The notes under the pieces: generated by a model | What the model was told of the DNA's origin: nothing | Database searches by the model: none | Seen by the model: the letters and a program-made list of their open reading frames with translations, nothing else | Assembly (NCBI GenBank): GCA_951406725.2 | Contig: OX597821.1 | Coordinates: forward strand, 41,788,001-41,852,000 | Reading direction: 5' to 3' | Length of the DNA: 64,000 bases | Origin: Octopus vulgaris | Taxonomy: Eukaryota | Position numbers and translations under genes: made by a program | Shown: positions 13,355 to 26,156 of the stretch, piece after piece | Layout: every line of letters starts with the position of its first letter | How positions within the stretch are numbered: the stretch's first letter is position 1

Positions 13355-14135
13355 ATTATCTTTTACTTCAGTCATTAGACTGCGGCCATGCTGGAGCACG
13401 GCCTTGAAGAATTTTTCGGTGACTGAATCGACCAAATAATTATTTATTTTTTTAAAGCCTGGTACTTATTCTATCTTTCTCTTTTTTGCCGAACCGCTAA
13501 GTAACGGTAATGTAACCAGCACCGATTGTTAAGCAATGGTGAAGGACAAACATAGATACACACACATACATACATACATACATACATACATACATACATA
13601 CATACATACATACATACATGCATGCATGCATACATACATACATACGTACGTACGTACGTACGTACGTACGTACATACATACATACATACATACATACATA
13701 CATACATACATACATACATACATACATACGTACGTACGTACATACATACATACATACATACGTACGTACATACATACAAACATACATACATACATACATA
13801 CATACATACATACATACATACATACATACATACATACATACATACATACATACATACATACATGCATAGAAGAGACATGCATACATACAAAAAAGCCCCC
13901 TGTTGATGTTGAAATTGCAATGAAGGAGCCTTGGACCTAGGTTAGAAACCGGCTTTTTCTCCATTGACAAGAAATCTTGAAATAAAACTGAACATTGATA
14001 TACATACATACATACGTACATACATACGTACATACATACATACATACATACATACATACATACATACATACATACATACATACATACATACATACATACA
14101 TACATGCGTGACGAGCTTCTTTCAGTTTCCGTCTA
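13355..14135 (-). mobile_element. SINE family B with greatly expanded internal (TACA)n and a nested repeat
   Basis: 3' half at 13355-13560, (TACA)n, then gacgagcttctttcagtttccgtcta at 14110. Confidence 0.75.
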
Positions 14136-14762
14136 TCATGGCGCTCCTACATTCCCGAACCTGATCCCACATTGGCGCTGAATATCTTGCACCAGCTTGC
14201 CTCTGGATCATGTCAGTAGGGTGGAATAGGTTTTTGAGGTGGTGTGCAAGCCTTATTGGACCTAGAATTTTGCACAGGCGTCGCAGGCAGTTTGCATCAG
14301 CAATGCTCACTGATGGACATCCTGGGTCACCAGTGGACAGCTATAAATAATATAAATAATAATGTGTGTGTGTGTGTGTGTTCTTTGTCGTTGTAATTAT
14401 TGCAAATATACACTCCTGATGATAATATAATCCAGTGAAGCGAACACGGAATTATCCATCGAGTGAATTCACCGCGTGAGTGACAACTCCTAGTAGTCTT
14501 AGACATTAAATACTAATCGATGTTGTTAGCCATAACCTGGAACATAACTGAGAGCTACCACGGTATCCACCCGGATAATATAACCCTCTAAACTCACACT
14601 AATATACATTTATGATTCTTTTACGAAAATAGTATTAACAGAGACTTCAAAGTTGTAATATATACACATCTATACATATATTCGTAATATAATGAAAGAT
14701 AAAAAAAAATATTATATAGCATGGCCGCAGTCCAATGACTGAAACAAGTAAAAGAATAAAAT

Positions 14763-14834
<72 letters not shown>

Positions 14835-15194
14835 TCGCATGCACGCACGCACGCATATTCGTACACTCACGCATACACACAGGGTACTCTGAACAGCCAA
14901 TATTTTCACATCCAGTTCGTTGAACTACAAACATTTTAACAACAAATTCAGTATTAAAAATAAAACGAATTCGACAGTAAAATATCGCTTCATTAAAATA
15001 CGTTTTCTTGACTATAATATTGAAATAGGGTTAAATGCGGAATCCTAACGAACAAGCGGTAGTCTTTTGTGTCAGGGAAAAGTCAGTCAATATAAACTGG
15101 ACATGACTGGGTTTGATTTTTGGCAAATATTATTTAATATAATGATTTGTCGTTTTGGCTGGTCAGTGAAGTATGAGAAAAGAGCTGATACTCT

Positions 15195-15625
15195 TTTACT
15201 CTTTTACTCTTTTACTTGTTTCAGTCATTTGACTGCGGCCATGCTGGAGCACCGCCTTCTTTAGTCGAGCAACTCGACCCCAGGACTTATTCTTTGTAAG
15301 CCTAGTACTTATTCTATCGGTCACTTTTGCCGAACCGCTAAGTAACGGGGACGTAAACACACCAGCATCGGTTGTCAAGCGATGTTGGGGGGGGGGACAA
15401 ACACAGACACACAAACACACACACACACAAACACATACATATATATATATATATACATATATACGACGGGCTTCTTTCAGTTTCCGTCTACCAAATCCAC
15501 TCACAAGGCTTTGGTCGGCCCGAGGCTATAGTAGAAGACACTTGCTCAAGGTGCCACGCAGTGGGACTGAACCCGGAACCGTGCGGTTGGTAAGCAAGCT
15601 ACTTACCACACAGCCACTCCTGCGC
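15195..15625 (-). mobile_element. SINE family B, near full-length reference copy
   Basis: Minus strand: gcgcaggagtggctgtgtggtaag (A box), gggttcagtccc (B box), CORE-like accttgagcaagtgtctt, internal (TA)/(GT), tail (aaaagagt)n. Confidence 0.9.
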
Positions 15626-15939
15626 AAACTCCTCCTGATGAATTGATTTGGTTGGAAGCAGGATCAGAAATTAAGCGAAGCTAAGGATACGAGATGAAGG
15701 ATGCAGGGTCTCAAAGTTGAACAATAAATTAGATGCATTTGAGGTTGTGTGTTAATGTATTACAGGGGAGACGAAGAACAGGAAGGGAGATGGGTAGGAT
15801 GCAACAAACAAGCAAACTGATTAAAGTATTATAGGGAAGAGGAAATGGGGCAATAGTATCGGAGCAGAAACAAAGCCCTGGTTGGTGTAATTGTACATAA
15901 CCTGGACAATTACACCGATGCACAATGAGACGGATAGGC

Positions 15940-15993
15940 AGACAGACAGACAGACACACAGACAGACACACAGACAGACAGGCACACATATAT

Positions 15994-16067
<74 letters not shown>

Positions 16068-16144
16068 GGATAGATGGATAGATAGATAGATGATTAGATA
16101 GATGGATAGATGGATAGATAGATAGATGGATGGTTAGATGGATG

Positions 16145-16229
<85 letters not shown>

Positions 16230-16410
16230 ATAGATGGATAGATAGACGGAGAGATAGATAAATAGATGGATAGATAGACAGATGAATAGATACATAGATA
16301 GGTGGATAGATAGATAGACAGATAGATGGATAGATAGATGGATGGATGGATAGATAGATAGATAGACATATAGATAGACAGATAGATAGATAGACAGATA
16401 GATAGATAAA
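15940..16410. repeat. (GATA)n/(GATG)n/(GACA)n compound microsatellite
   Basis: Direct. Confidence 0.95.
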
Positions 16411-16761
16411 TATTCAATTATGTATATTTTTCGTACCATCGTTATACCAAATAGATCCCATCAACCTTCCAAAATTAATCGTACAATAGAACATATTACG
16501 CAGAAAGCATTGTGATTAATTTCCACTTAGAAACCAAATGAATTACCAGTGTTGGCCAATGAAGTCACCTCACTCCGCTTGACTGACATAACTTTTCTCG
16601 GTCGTTCTCTCTTTAGCGGTCAGGGAAAAAGTGAAAACCGCTTCTTATTTTCAAAAAGATGTTCAAAACCGGATCCAGCTTAGCAATGTGCGTGCGTGTG
16701 TGTACACACACACGCACACATGTGTGTGTGTATATATATATATCTATCTGTCTATATATAT

Positions 16762-16985
16762 ATATTAAATTAGAGATAAAACCACTATTAGGCAAATCAA
16801 ACAGTGAAAAACAAACCAAAACATAGAAATAAAATTAATATAATATACAAAATATATAAAAAAATAAAATTCAAAAATGTAAATAAATATATATATATAT
16901 TTATGCTGTAAAATTAGATTTAATCCTAAATCTAATTTTTCCCTGTAAGTTTGGATTTACTCCCTAATATTATTATTATTATTAT
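16762..16985. mobile_element. Family P1 copy with one arm and the tail (collapsed hairpin)
   Basis: attaaattagagataaaaccactattaggcaaatca identical to 3683 onward; tail matches 3945-4015. Confidence 0.75.
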
Positions 16986-17029
16986 AAATATATATATATA
17001 TATACATATACATATATTTATGCGCACAC

Positions 17030-17069
<40 letters not shown>

Positions 17070-17100
17070 AGAGAGAGAGAGAGAGAGATAGATAGAGTGA

Positions 17101-17406
17101 GAGGCGCAATGGCCCAGTGGTTGGGGCAGCGGACTCGCGGTCGGAGGATCGCGGTTTCGATTCCGAGACCGGGCGTTGTGTGTGTTTATTGAGCGAAAAA
17201 CACCTAAAATAGCTCCACGAGGCACCGGCAGGGGGGGTGATTCCTACCGTACTCTTTCACTACTCTTTCCCCCACTCTTTCTTCTGTTGGCCTGCTCGCT
17301 TAGCCAGCGGGGTGGCGTCGTTCGAAGGCTAAAACAATGCAAACGCATTGTGGCCAACGATGTGTAGCAACATCTGATGGTCTGGTCGGTCACGTGATCA
17401 CGTGAG
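17101..17406 (+). mobile_element. tRNA-derived SINE family C variant, CpG-rich (young)
   Basis: ggcgcaatggcccagtgg A box, ggtttcgattcc B box, tail cacgtgatcacgtga; inside (GA)/(TA) tract. Confidence 0.8.
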
Positions 17407-17420
17407 ATATATATATATAT

Positions 17421-17514
<94 letters not shown>

Positions 17515-17541
17515 CATTATTGAAATAAGGTATATATATTA

Positions 17542-17895
17542 TGCAACTCAAACAGTGATAGACATAAACCAAAACACAAATAACAAAATATACTTTTATA
17601 AAACATATAACTAGATCACAAAAAGTATAAAAATGAATCATCAAAATATAAGTATTATACTTATTACTTATTATATATTTATTATTCATTCTTATACTTT
17701 TTGAGATCTAGTTATATGTTTTATAAAAATATATCTTATTTGTTATTTATCTTTTGGTTTATCTATCACTGTTTGAGTTGCACGATAATGGTTTTATCTC
17801 TAATTTATATTTTATATATTTTATATTGTGAAATTTGATTTAATACTTAACTGAATTTTTCCCAGTAAGTTTAGAGTTATACTCCTTATTATTAT
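17542..17895. mobile_element. Family P1-related fold-back, arms about 17542-17640 / 17683-17782 plus tail
   Basis: tgcaactcaaacagtgataga / tctatcactgtttgagttgca; tail ggttttatctctaattta...tttttcccagtaagttt. Confidence 0.75.
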
Positions 17896-17916
17896 AATTA
17901 TATATTTGTGTGTGTG

Positions 17917-17982
<66 letters not shown>

Positions 17983-18255
17983 AATTTGCATGATTTTTGT
18001 ATCTCTGTACGAAACGATCGTCTGCATGATTTAAAATTCTCTTATATAGTTTAACACATTCTCTTCTCCATTTTTATCAAAATTGTTGAGTTTTATTGGA
18101 TTTCTTTCCATAAATTTACAACGCACCATATACAAGTATTATTTTTGTATTCGCAATTTTACGCCAGTAAGCTACCACCGAAATATGAAGAACCTATATT
18201 AGAAATCTTTTTTGGGAAACCTCCAAATTAAAGGACGAATCTAATTCAACTTTTT

Positions 18256-18302
<47 letters not shown>

Positions 18303-18397
18303 AGGTATATCATATTTTCCGTTTGTGTCTTTTTATTTAATCCTGATAATGTTATATATGTAGCGCAAGCCCTCATTCATTTCTTACCCATATATAT

Positions 18398-18443
<46 letters not shown>

Positions 18444-18849
18444 GTTTATAATCTGTATATATGTATATATGTATGCATGTATACACACGACAGGCTTTTT
18501 TCACCAAATCCACTCACGAAGCTTTGCTTGGCCCGAGGCTATAGCACAAGACACTTGCCCAAGATGCCATGCAGTGGGACGGAACCTGGAACCCAGTGGT
18601 TGGGAAACAAGCTTCTTACCACACAGCCCGAAATATATCATAAGTAAGAAGATGTCAGAAAGTGTATTAGGGCTCAAACCGGATGAAATACCTAAAATGA
18701 GGCGATGGGAGGCGGAATCCAGACAAATAAGGATTAGTTATAAAATATGGAGCGGTCGAGTTAATGAAAATATGAAAAACAGACAGGTGACTGCTAAAGG
18801 CATCAAGGCATGAGTAACTAAGTTGCACAGAAGTGAGTTTATGATATAA

Positions 18850-19245
18850 CTAGCAAGTATCGCCCGGCGTTGCGCGGGTTTGTTTCGACCATTTAGAATT
18901 GGAATTTTTGAAGAAAAGTAAAAAGTTTGCATTATGTAGCTTGTTATTCTCTTTAAGTGAACATTTTTCTGGTTGAAATACACCGAAAAATGACGACACA
19001 GCAGTTGAAAAATCGTAAAAAATAGGGATTTCATAGAAAAAAATGCACCTTTTTAATGTAAATAATTTTTGGTCTTAACATGATCCGATTTGAATTTTTT
19101 CTTCTACGGAAGGAAGGGCAAGCCTTCTTCTAACATACTTTTAATTTTGGTCAACTTGCGCTGCAGGGTCTCGGAGGAGATGGTGTTAGTTGAAGGCTAC
19201 AAAACCTGCCATACATAGACAACTTCAGCTTTATATAGAGAGAGA
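18850..19245 (-). mobile_element. Non-autonomous Helitron family He1
   Basis: 5' TC, 3' CTAG preceded by GC hairpin cccgcgcaacgccggg; no TSD; homologous to the 32769 and 46169 copies. Confidence 0.8.
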
Positions 19246-19385
19246 TTAAGTAGAAAAAATAGGAAGATCAAGAAAGCAAAATTTCATAGCAGTTCTTCAG
19301 TGATAGGTAGATATCCAGAAAGTTCATATTCGAAAATCACAGATAACAGAGAGAAGAATATGATTCTGTGTATGTGCACACACAC

Positions 19386-19448
<63 letters not shown>

Positions 19449-19990
19449 CGTATGTGTGTGTGTGTGTGTGTGTGTGCTAACCCATAGCTGGTTCCCTGAC
19501 AGATGTTATTACTCTGGGTCAGAAAAGTACCTAAGAAATGGTTTCATACTCTTGAAAACCTTGGATCTCCCGCACCAAAGCTCCCCTACCGGACGCAGTT
19601 TAAAGTCATATATAGGGCATATGTGGTGATATTCCATCTGAGAGAGGGGACGCAGAAATACCGAAGGCTGGTGTCAGGATGTGCAATGAAACCACTGGGC
19701 GTGAAGGACCCCTGGTTGTTGCCACAAAATCCTTCAAGAGGAGGGCACTCTCATGTAAAATCTGCGGCTTCCGCTGATTATTAAATACGGAGATTCAGAG
19801 TGGTACCCGAGTTATACAAGTGTTTATTACGATAATCCAGTGACGCACGGACATGTCTTTATCCTGACTTCATTTGACATTCCCTCTACAGAAAGTCCTA
19901 CGAGGAGAGACGAGTGACGATGTGTGCACACTCAGCTAGTTGGAAACGCACAGCAAGCTGCAGCTTTCGACAGTCACCTATACTTCAGAC

Positions 19991-20209
19991 CAGTGGTTTT
20001 CAACCAGGTTTCCGCGGAACCTTAGGGTTCCGCCAGTACAGTCCAGGGGTTCCGCAAGAAGTTATAAAACTGCTAAAATCGGCAGTAATTTTTAATTCTC
20101 CTGTGTAGATATGTGTGCATAAGACAACTAAATTATTGCACAGGGGTTCCTCGAGCCAGTGGAATGTTTCCTTGGGGTTCCGCTCCAGCAAAAAGTTTGA
20201 AAAGCACTG
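19991..20209. mobile_element. hAT-type MITE
   Basis: TIRs cagtggttttcaa / ttgaaaagcactg; perfect 8-bp TSD cttcagac at 19983-19990 and 20210-20217. Confidence 0.92.
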
Positions 20210-20373
20210 CTTCAGACCATGGAGACCTGCAACAAAACTGAACGGCCGTCCGAGAGGTCCAGGGTGGAAAGCCAGAAATTCCACTGAGAACAGCGAAGAA
20301 GAAGGAGGCGGCAATCATCTGTGAAAAGGGAGCAATTACCATGTATGTATGTACGTACGGTGCATGCACGCAC

Positions 20374-20432
<59 letters not shown>

Positions 20433-20678
20433 TGACCCATTTTTTTAAAGTTTTAAAATTTGAGAAAACAATTTCACCTGTTGACATAATTATTAATAAC
20501 TTACGCACCTCAAATATCAGATAGATAGATCAATATTTAGTTAACCTACACGGAGTGGGCGGGTGGGGGTGAGGGATTTTATCACCAACCACTTGAAGCC
20601 ATGCTTCAACAGTTCTCTTTATTGACGTTCTCAGTTATTGACACAGTTGACTTGTTTACCCTATATTTTCAAGTAGAT

Positions 20679-21295
20679 CAATGCTTCCAAATCAGGATCC
20701 ACATGACTCTTAGGGGTCCACATAAGATTTTGTCGTTAAAATTCACGTGTAATAGATTGGTTATATTTCTACAATGCACAAAATATTTTAATATTTTGTA
20801 TACAAAAGCGGCGAGATGGCAGAAACGTTAGCATGCCGGGCGAAATGCGTAGCCGTATTTCGTCTGCCGTTACGTTCTGAGTTCAAATTCCGCCGAGGTC
20901 GACTTTGCCTTTCATCCTTTCGGGATCAATTAAAGAAGTACCAGTTACGCACTGGGGCCAATGTAATCGACTTAATCCGTTTGTCTGTCCTTGTTTGTCC
21001 CCTCTGTCTTTATGTTCAAATTCCGTCGAGGTCAACTTTGCTTTTCATTCTTTCGGGGCTGATAAATTAAATACTAATTGCCTACTGGGGTCGATCTAAT
21101 CGACTGGCCCTCTCCTCAAAAATTTCGGGCCTTATGCCTAGAGTAGAAAAGAATACTTTTTATATAATTTCTCATGACATTTAACTTTAAAAATACAATG
21201 GGACTTTTTTTCAAACATCGAATGGCTCAGAGAGTCCATCCGAATAAAACAGAAATCAAGGCGGATCGTAGGTAAAAAATGGTTGCGAACCACTG
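20679..21295. mobile_element. hAT-type MITE with nested SINE A copies (20806-21155)
   Basis: Right TIR ggttgcgaaccactg; 8-bp TSD aagtagat/aagtagaa. Confidence 0.7.
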
Positions 21296-21568
21296 AAGTA
21301 GAACCAATTCTAGTACGAGACTATTCTCTCTGACCACTCATGCACAAGAATGTCGTTCAGTTTTAGAAGGATGCCAATGTTATGGTTTGTCCTGCGTGGA
21401 TTTCATACGTTCCACTCCAGTAACAACACTAAAACCTATTTCACGGTTGTCACTAAAATTATATTAATAGTGAAGATGGTATGTTTGCTATTTAAATGTG
21501 CAATCAGGATCTTGTTGTTTGGGACATTTTTATCATTGGCATACTGGTGATACTAATGTATTTTGCAA

Positions 21569-21986
21569 AAGGCGGCGAGCTGGCAGAAACGTTAGCACGC
21601 AGGGCGAAAATGCGTAGCCGTATTTCGTCTGCCGTTACGTTCTGAGTTCAAATTCCGCCGAGGTCGACTTTGCCTTTCATCCTTTGGGGGTCGATAAATT
21701 AAGGACCAGTTACGCACTGGGGTCGATATAATCGACTTAATCCGTTTGTCTGTCCTTGTTTGTCCTCTGTGTTTAGCCCCTTGTGGGTAGTAAAAGAAAT
21801 AGGTATTTCGTCTGCCGCAGCGTTCTGAGTTCAAATTCCGCCGAGGTTGACTTTGCCTTTCATCCTTTCGGGGTCGATTAAATAAGTACCAGATATGCAC
21901 TGGGGTCGATATAATCGACTTAATCCGTTTGTCTGTCCTTGTTTGTCCTCTCTGTGTTTAGCCCCTTGTGGGTAGTAAAGAAATAG
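21569..21986 (+). mobile_element. SINE family A tandem dimer within one TSD of about 20 bp
   Basis: Second unit restarts at ggtatttcgtctgcc; flanks gatactaatgtattttgcaa / gatactaatatattttgcaa. Confidence 0.9.
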
Positions 21987-22008
21987 ATACTAATATATTT
22001 TGCAAGTG

Positions 22009-22845
22009 AAGGAGCGATGCTTAGTAGTTCAGATATTTGGCTCGCGATCGTGAGGTCGTGAGTTCGATTTCACGTGGTGTGTCTTGCTCTTGAGCAAGAC
22101 GCTCTATTCCACATTGTTCCGGTCCATTTAGCAGGCAAAAATGAGTTGTATTGGGTTGTCCGGAAAGTTCGTACCGATTTTTAAAGGCAAGAAAAAGGTC
22201 AATAAATACTTGCCATTACATTTTTAATCAACCAAATATGAACCATTTTGCTGCACAATGCGTCTCCATCTTTCTTTTAACTTGAAAATACGCTCTTCCC
22301 AGAATTGAAGTGGATTCATGGAAAAGAATTCATCAATTCCGTCATCCAAGGAATTGAAATTTTTGCCATTGAGACTATTCTGCAGAGACCTGAATAAGTG
22401 GAAATCCGAAGGAGCAACATCTGGTGAATATGGAGGGTTCCTAAAGCATCAAGTGCCAAAAATGAGTCTTCTTATCTTCCATTTTAAAGGGTTATAGAAT
22501 TAACACAGGTTATTGGAACATAAACCTTCTTCCACGAAAAGATAGCTTAAACAGTGCTCTAAATGAAGATGTAGTCAAATCCTATTTTAGGGACTCAACC
22601 ATGTTCTAAAATAAGTCGAATGGTAAGCTGCTATAAATCGGCACGAACTTTCCGGACAAACCAATACTTGTAGATTGGTCAACCTTGTTACAGTCTGTGT
22701 CACACTGAATCTCTATGAGAACTAAGTTAAGAGTACACGTGACTGTGGAGTGCTCAGCCACATTCACTTTAATTTCATGAGCAGAATGCTCCGTTGATTG
22801 AAGCAAGTGGAACCTTCGTCGTCGTAACCGACGGAGTACCAGTTA
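22009..22845 (+). mobile_element. SINE family C copy split by a mariner insertion
   Basis: Head gtgagttcgattt...cttgagcaagac; tail cgtcgtcgtaaccgacggagt shared with the 57842 copy. Confidence 0.7.
22151..22664 (-). mobile_element. Internally deleted mariner (DD34D) element
   Basis: TIRs ttgggttgtccggaaagttcgt / acgaactttccggacaaaccaa, TA TSD; minus strand encodes PPYSPDVAPSDFHLFRSLQNSL. Confidence 0.92.
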
Positions 22846-23306
22846 GTTAATATATTTTGTTCTAAACCGAAACAGGAAAATGTTGCTACATTCACTACAT
22901 TAAGGATTATATTGAAGATGATTTGTATCAGTGGCTCACAACCATTTTTGACCTATGGAACCCTTCCATTCCTATTTTACTCTGCTAGACTGTCATATTT
23001 ATTCGCTGTATACAAAAAATTCTACCATATTCCTTATAATTAAATATTTGAAGGACTTTTCTTTATTCTCTTATTCTTTTACTTGTTTCAGTCATTTGAC
23101 TGCGGCCATGCTGGAGCACTACCTTTAGTCGAACAAATCGACCCCAGGACTCATTCTTTGTAAACCTAGTACTTATTCTATCCGTCACTCTAGCCGAACT
23201 GCTAAGTTACGGGGGACGTAAATACACCAACATCGGTTGTCAAGTGATGGTGGGGAGGACAAACACAGACACACAAATACATACCTTTTTGATGTTTTCT
23301 TTTAGT

Positions 23307-23416
23307 TTTTTGCACTGAAGAGAATGGTAATACATGACTATTTTAATTATTATTGTTACAATTCATGTTTTTTCTTACATGTTGGTATTACCATTCGAAA
23401 CGGTCGTATGTAGAAA
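23307..23416 (+). ncRNA. Type-I hammerhead ribozyme candidate with intact catalytic core
   Basis: Stem I tttttgca/tgtagaaa; CUGAAGA 23315-23321; perfect 12-bp stem II gaatggtaatac/gtattaccattc; GAAA 23397-23400; stem III acg-gt-cgt; GUA cleavage triplet ending at 23408. Confidence 0.72.
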
Positions 23417-23511
23417 TTAAATTCCAATTTGGACTTTTAAAATCTTCTCTTCTCCATTTTCCTAATTGTTAGTAGTGTTTTATATAAGATTTTATTTTAT
23501 ATATGCCTATA

Positions 23512-23539
<28 letters not shown>

Positions 23540-23591
<52 letters not shown>

Positions 23592-24026
23592 TGTAGTTGT
23601 GTGAGTGTCTGTCCCCTTCGATTTAGATTCCTAACTACTCCCACGTCTGAGTATTAGCGCGCGTCTACGATGAGTCTACGATTTTAAAAATAATTTAACA
23701 TCATTTTTTATTCCATTTTAATGCATAATTTTTCGTGTGTCGATGGCGGCAGAGTTGGCGTCCATGGTCACACCTGCACCTGTTTGCTTCTCCCCCTTCT
23801 TCCTTCCCTCGTGAAGCTGTGGGGAGGGAGTGTAAGGAAATCAACGTCGTAAAGCGTTGTCAAGGAGACCAGCGTTCTTTTAGAACAACGACTTCATGGC
23901 TTGAAGACACCAAAACAGAAATGGCTAAGAAAGCCCGAATTGGCATCTATAAGGGAAGTAACTCTCTAAAAATGCTTATATAGGTATTTCCCTTACAAAC
24001 CCGAGCAACGCCGGGCGATACTGCTA

Positions 24027-24027
<1 letters not shown>
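23540..24027 (+). mobile_element. Non-autonomous Helitron family He2
   Basis: 3' cccgagcaacgccgggcgatactgCTAG followed by t; homologous to the 40869 copy. Confidence 0.8.
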
Positions 24028-24063
<36 letters not shown>

Positions 24064-24064
24064 T

Positions 24065-24155
<91 letters not shown>

Positions 24156-24551
24156 CCCGGTACCTATTTACTGTTCGGATCCTTAATAGAACCTGATGAA
24201 GGTGATTGCTGCTTTTCGAAACAACCAGAATCAGATGAAAAGTTTAGAAACTTTTGTTCAATCGATCCTAATATAAATAAGATACATTTAATTGGAAGCT
24301 ACAAAACTGATAGACAGGAAAAATATTTATCAACACAATTTATAGTTTAATAAATATTGTTTATTTATTCACATCAAAAGCTAGTTTAATAAATGCTGTT
24401 TATTTATTATATTCAAAGGATACCAATTAGAAATAAATTGATTCAAACATTATCTCTTTGCATGTCTGAAATTTCGTACAGTCATCCCAAAATATGGAGG
24501 AGCTGGGTGGTTGACAAAGAAATTTATCATTGCTAGTGTCCAGTCCAACCA

Positions 24552-24570
24552 GCCTACTAGATGGCGCTAG
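24552..24570 (+). promoter_or_regulatory. CTCF-like motif
   Basis: gcctactagatggcgctag resembles the CCACYAGRKGGCRS consensus; may lie within an old DNA-transposon remnant. Confidence 0.3.
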
Positions 24571-24764
24571 TGACGTAATCTGATTGTCGCAGGGCCTCTG
24601 CCACGCGACCACAGCTGTAATGTTGTGTTTTGGAAAAGTTTTGAACTTTTTAGAAGAGAACGGGTATACCTTTGTGAGGGGATGTGACTATACTATTATT
24701 TTATTTATTTATTTAATTATTATCTTTTTTTTACTCCTTTTTATCATCATTTTCATTACTCTTT

Positions 24765-24982
24765 ACTCTCTTTATTCTTTTACTTGTTTCAGTCATGTGA
24801 CTGTGGCCATGCTGGAGCAGCGCCTTCAGTCGAGCAAATCGACCCCAGGACTTATTTTTTGCAAGCCTAGTACTTATTCTACTAGTCTCTTTTGCCGAAC
24901 CGCTAAGTTACGGGGACATAAACACACTGGCATCGGTTGTTAAGCGATGTTGGAGGGACAAACACAGATACACAAACATACA

Positions 24983-25058
<76 letters not shown>

Positions 25059-25795
25059 AACCTTTACATAAATAAATAACGTGAAATACACGGAGGGACG
25101 AACAAAAAGACAAACGGGTCATTCAAAGCCTTCATTCTTCAGTCAGAAACTGATCCCTCATCGCAGATTTCGACTGTTTAATTCTGATATATATATATAA
25201 CAGGAAGCTTTACGAAAATAAACAAAAGACGAAGGCATGTGGAGTACAAACAAACAATTGTATTAGTATGGCGCTCAGGAATAGAAATAAAACAAGTCTT
25301 TTACGTTTCGAGCCTAAGCTCTTCAACAGAAAGATACACAGAAAACAAACACGGAGAGAAACAAGGAGAGAAAAAAAATGCGTGCAGGAGCTAACGAATC
25401 AACATGGCGGTCTGATTTCCGCCAGAAGTCAGAGATCAGACGTTAGACGCAAGAGGGATAGTAGGGGAGATAACAAGGTCAAATGACCTCGCCCCAACAT
25501 AAGGGTGCGTGTGTGTATGAGAGAGTATGTATGTGCGTATGAAAGGTCTGGACGTGTGTATGTATGTATGATGTGATATACATATATATATATATACATA
25601 TATGCATATATATACATATATACATATATACGACGGGCTTCTTTCAATTTCCGTCTACCAAATCCACTCACAAGGCTTTGGTCGACCCGAGGCTATAGTA
25701 GAAGATACTTTCCTAAGGTGCCACGCAGTGGGACTTAACCCGGAACCATGTGGCTCGTAAGCAAGCTACTTACAACACAGCCACTCCTATGCCTA
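24765..25795 (-). mobile_element. SINE family B split by two inserts in its internal microsatellite
   Basis: 3' half 24765-25010, 5' half 25630-25795; non-SINE inserts at about 25050-25190 and 25200-25560. Confidence 0.85.
25200..25560 (-). mobile_element. Family H1 diverged, longer copy, hammerhead-like motif at 25297-25334
   Basis: Reverse complement tcttt-ctgttga-a-gagcttaggctc-gaaacgta-aaaga. Confidence 0.72.
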
Positions 25796-25883
25796 TTTAA
25801 AATTATCCCAAAACACATCTATGATGAAAAAGTTTCCATCGCCTTCAAACAAAACAAAGAGGTACCAGATGAACCGCCTATAC

Positions 25884-26042
25884 CTGGATACATCTCAGTC
25901 AACAACTTCCTTCTTGAATGGACCATGTTATCACAAACCGGGGCTTTAAAATGGACTTAATATAGCCTATCTGGTGGAGCTACCAAGTTCCGGGGTATCA
26001 TGGCCCATCCAAGTAGGGAGTTGTTGACTGAGATATATGCAG
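25884..26042. repeat. Diverged inverted repeat, arms about 50 bp
   Basis: atctcagtcaacaacttccttcttgaatggaccatg / catggcccatccaagtagggagttgttgactgagat. Confidence 0.7.
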
Positions 26043-26156
26043 ACACATGCAGTCAAGCACAACAGCGCCTGCTTCTACGCAGATGAAGTCACCCTTCATT
26101 CTTCTTTACCATTCTGCATTCAGGTACCATCCACGTTCAGTTTAGTTATCAGTTTC

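Noticed and set aside
14140-14345. Possible LINE RT C-terminal relic (EYLAPA resembling EYAAPxW)
   Set aside because: Only one short motif; too weak to call
17101-17175. tRNA-like heads here and at 35411, 57842 and 15550-15625
   Set aside because: They continue into SINE bodies and lack a proper acceptor stem; not tRNA genes
24190-24265. ctgatga...cgaaac hammerhead-like words
   Set aside because: Could not form consistent stems I and III around a UH site
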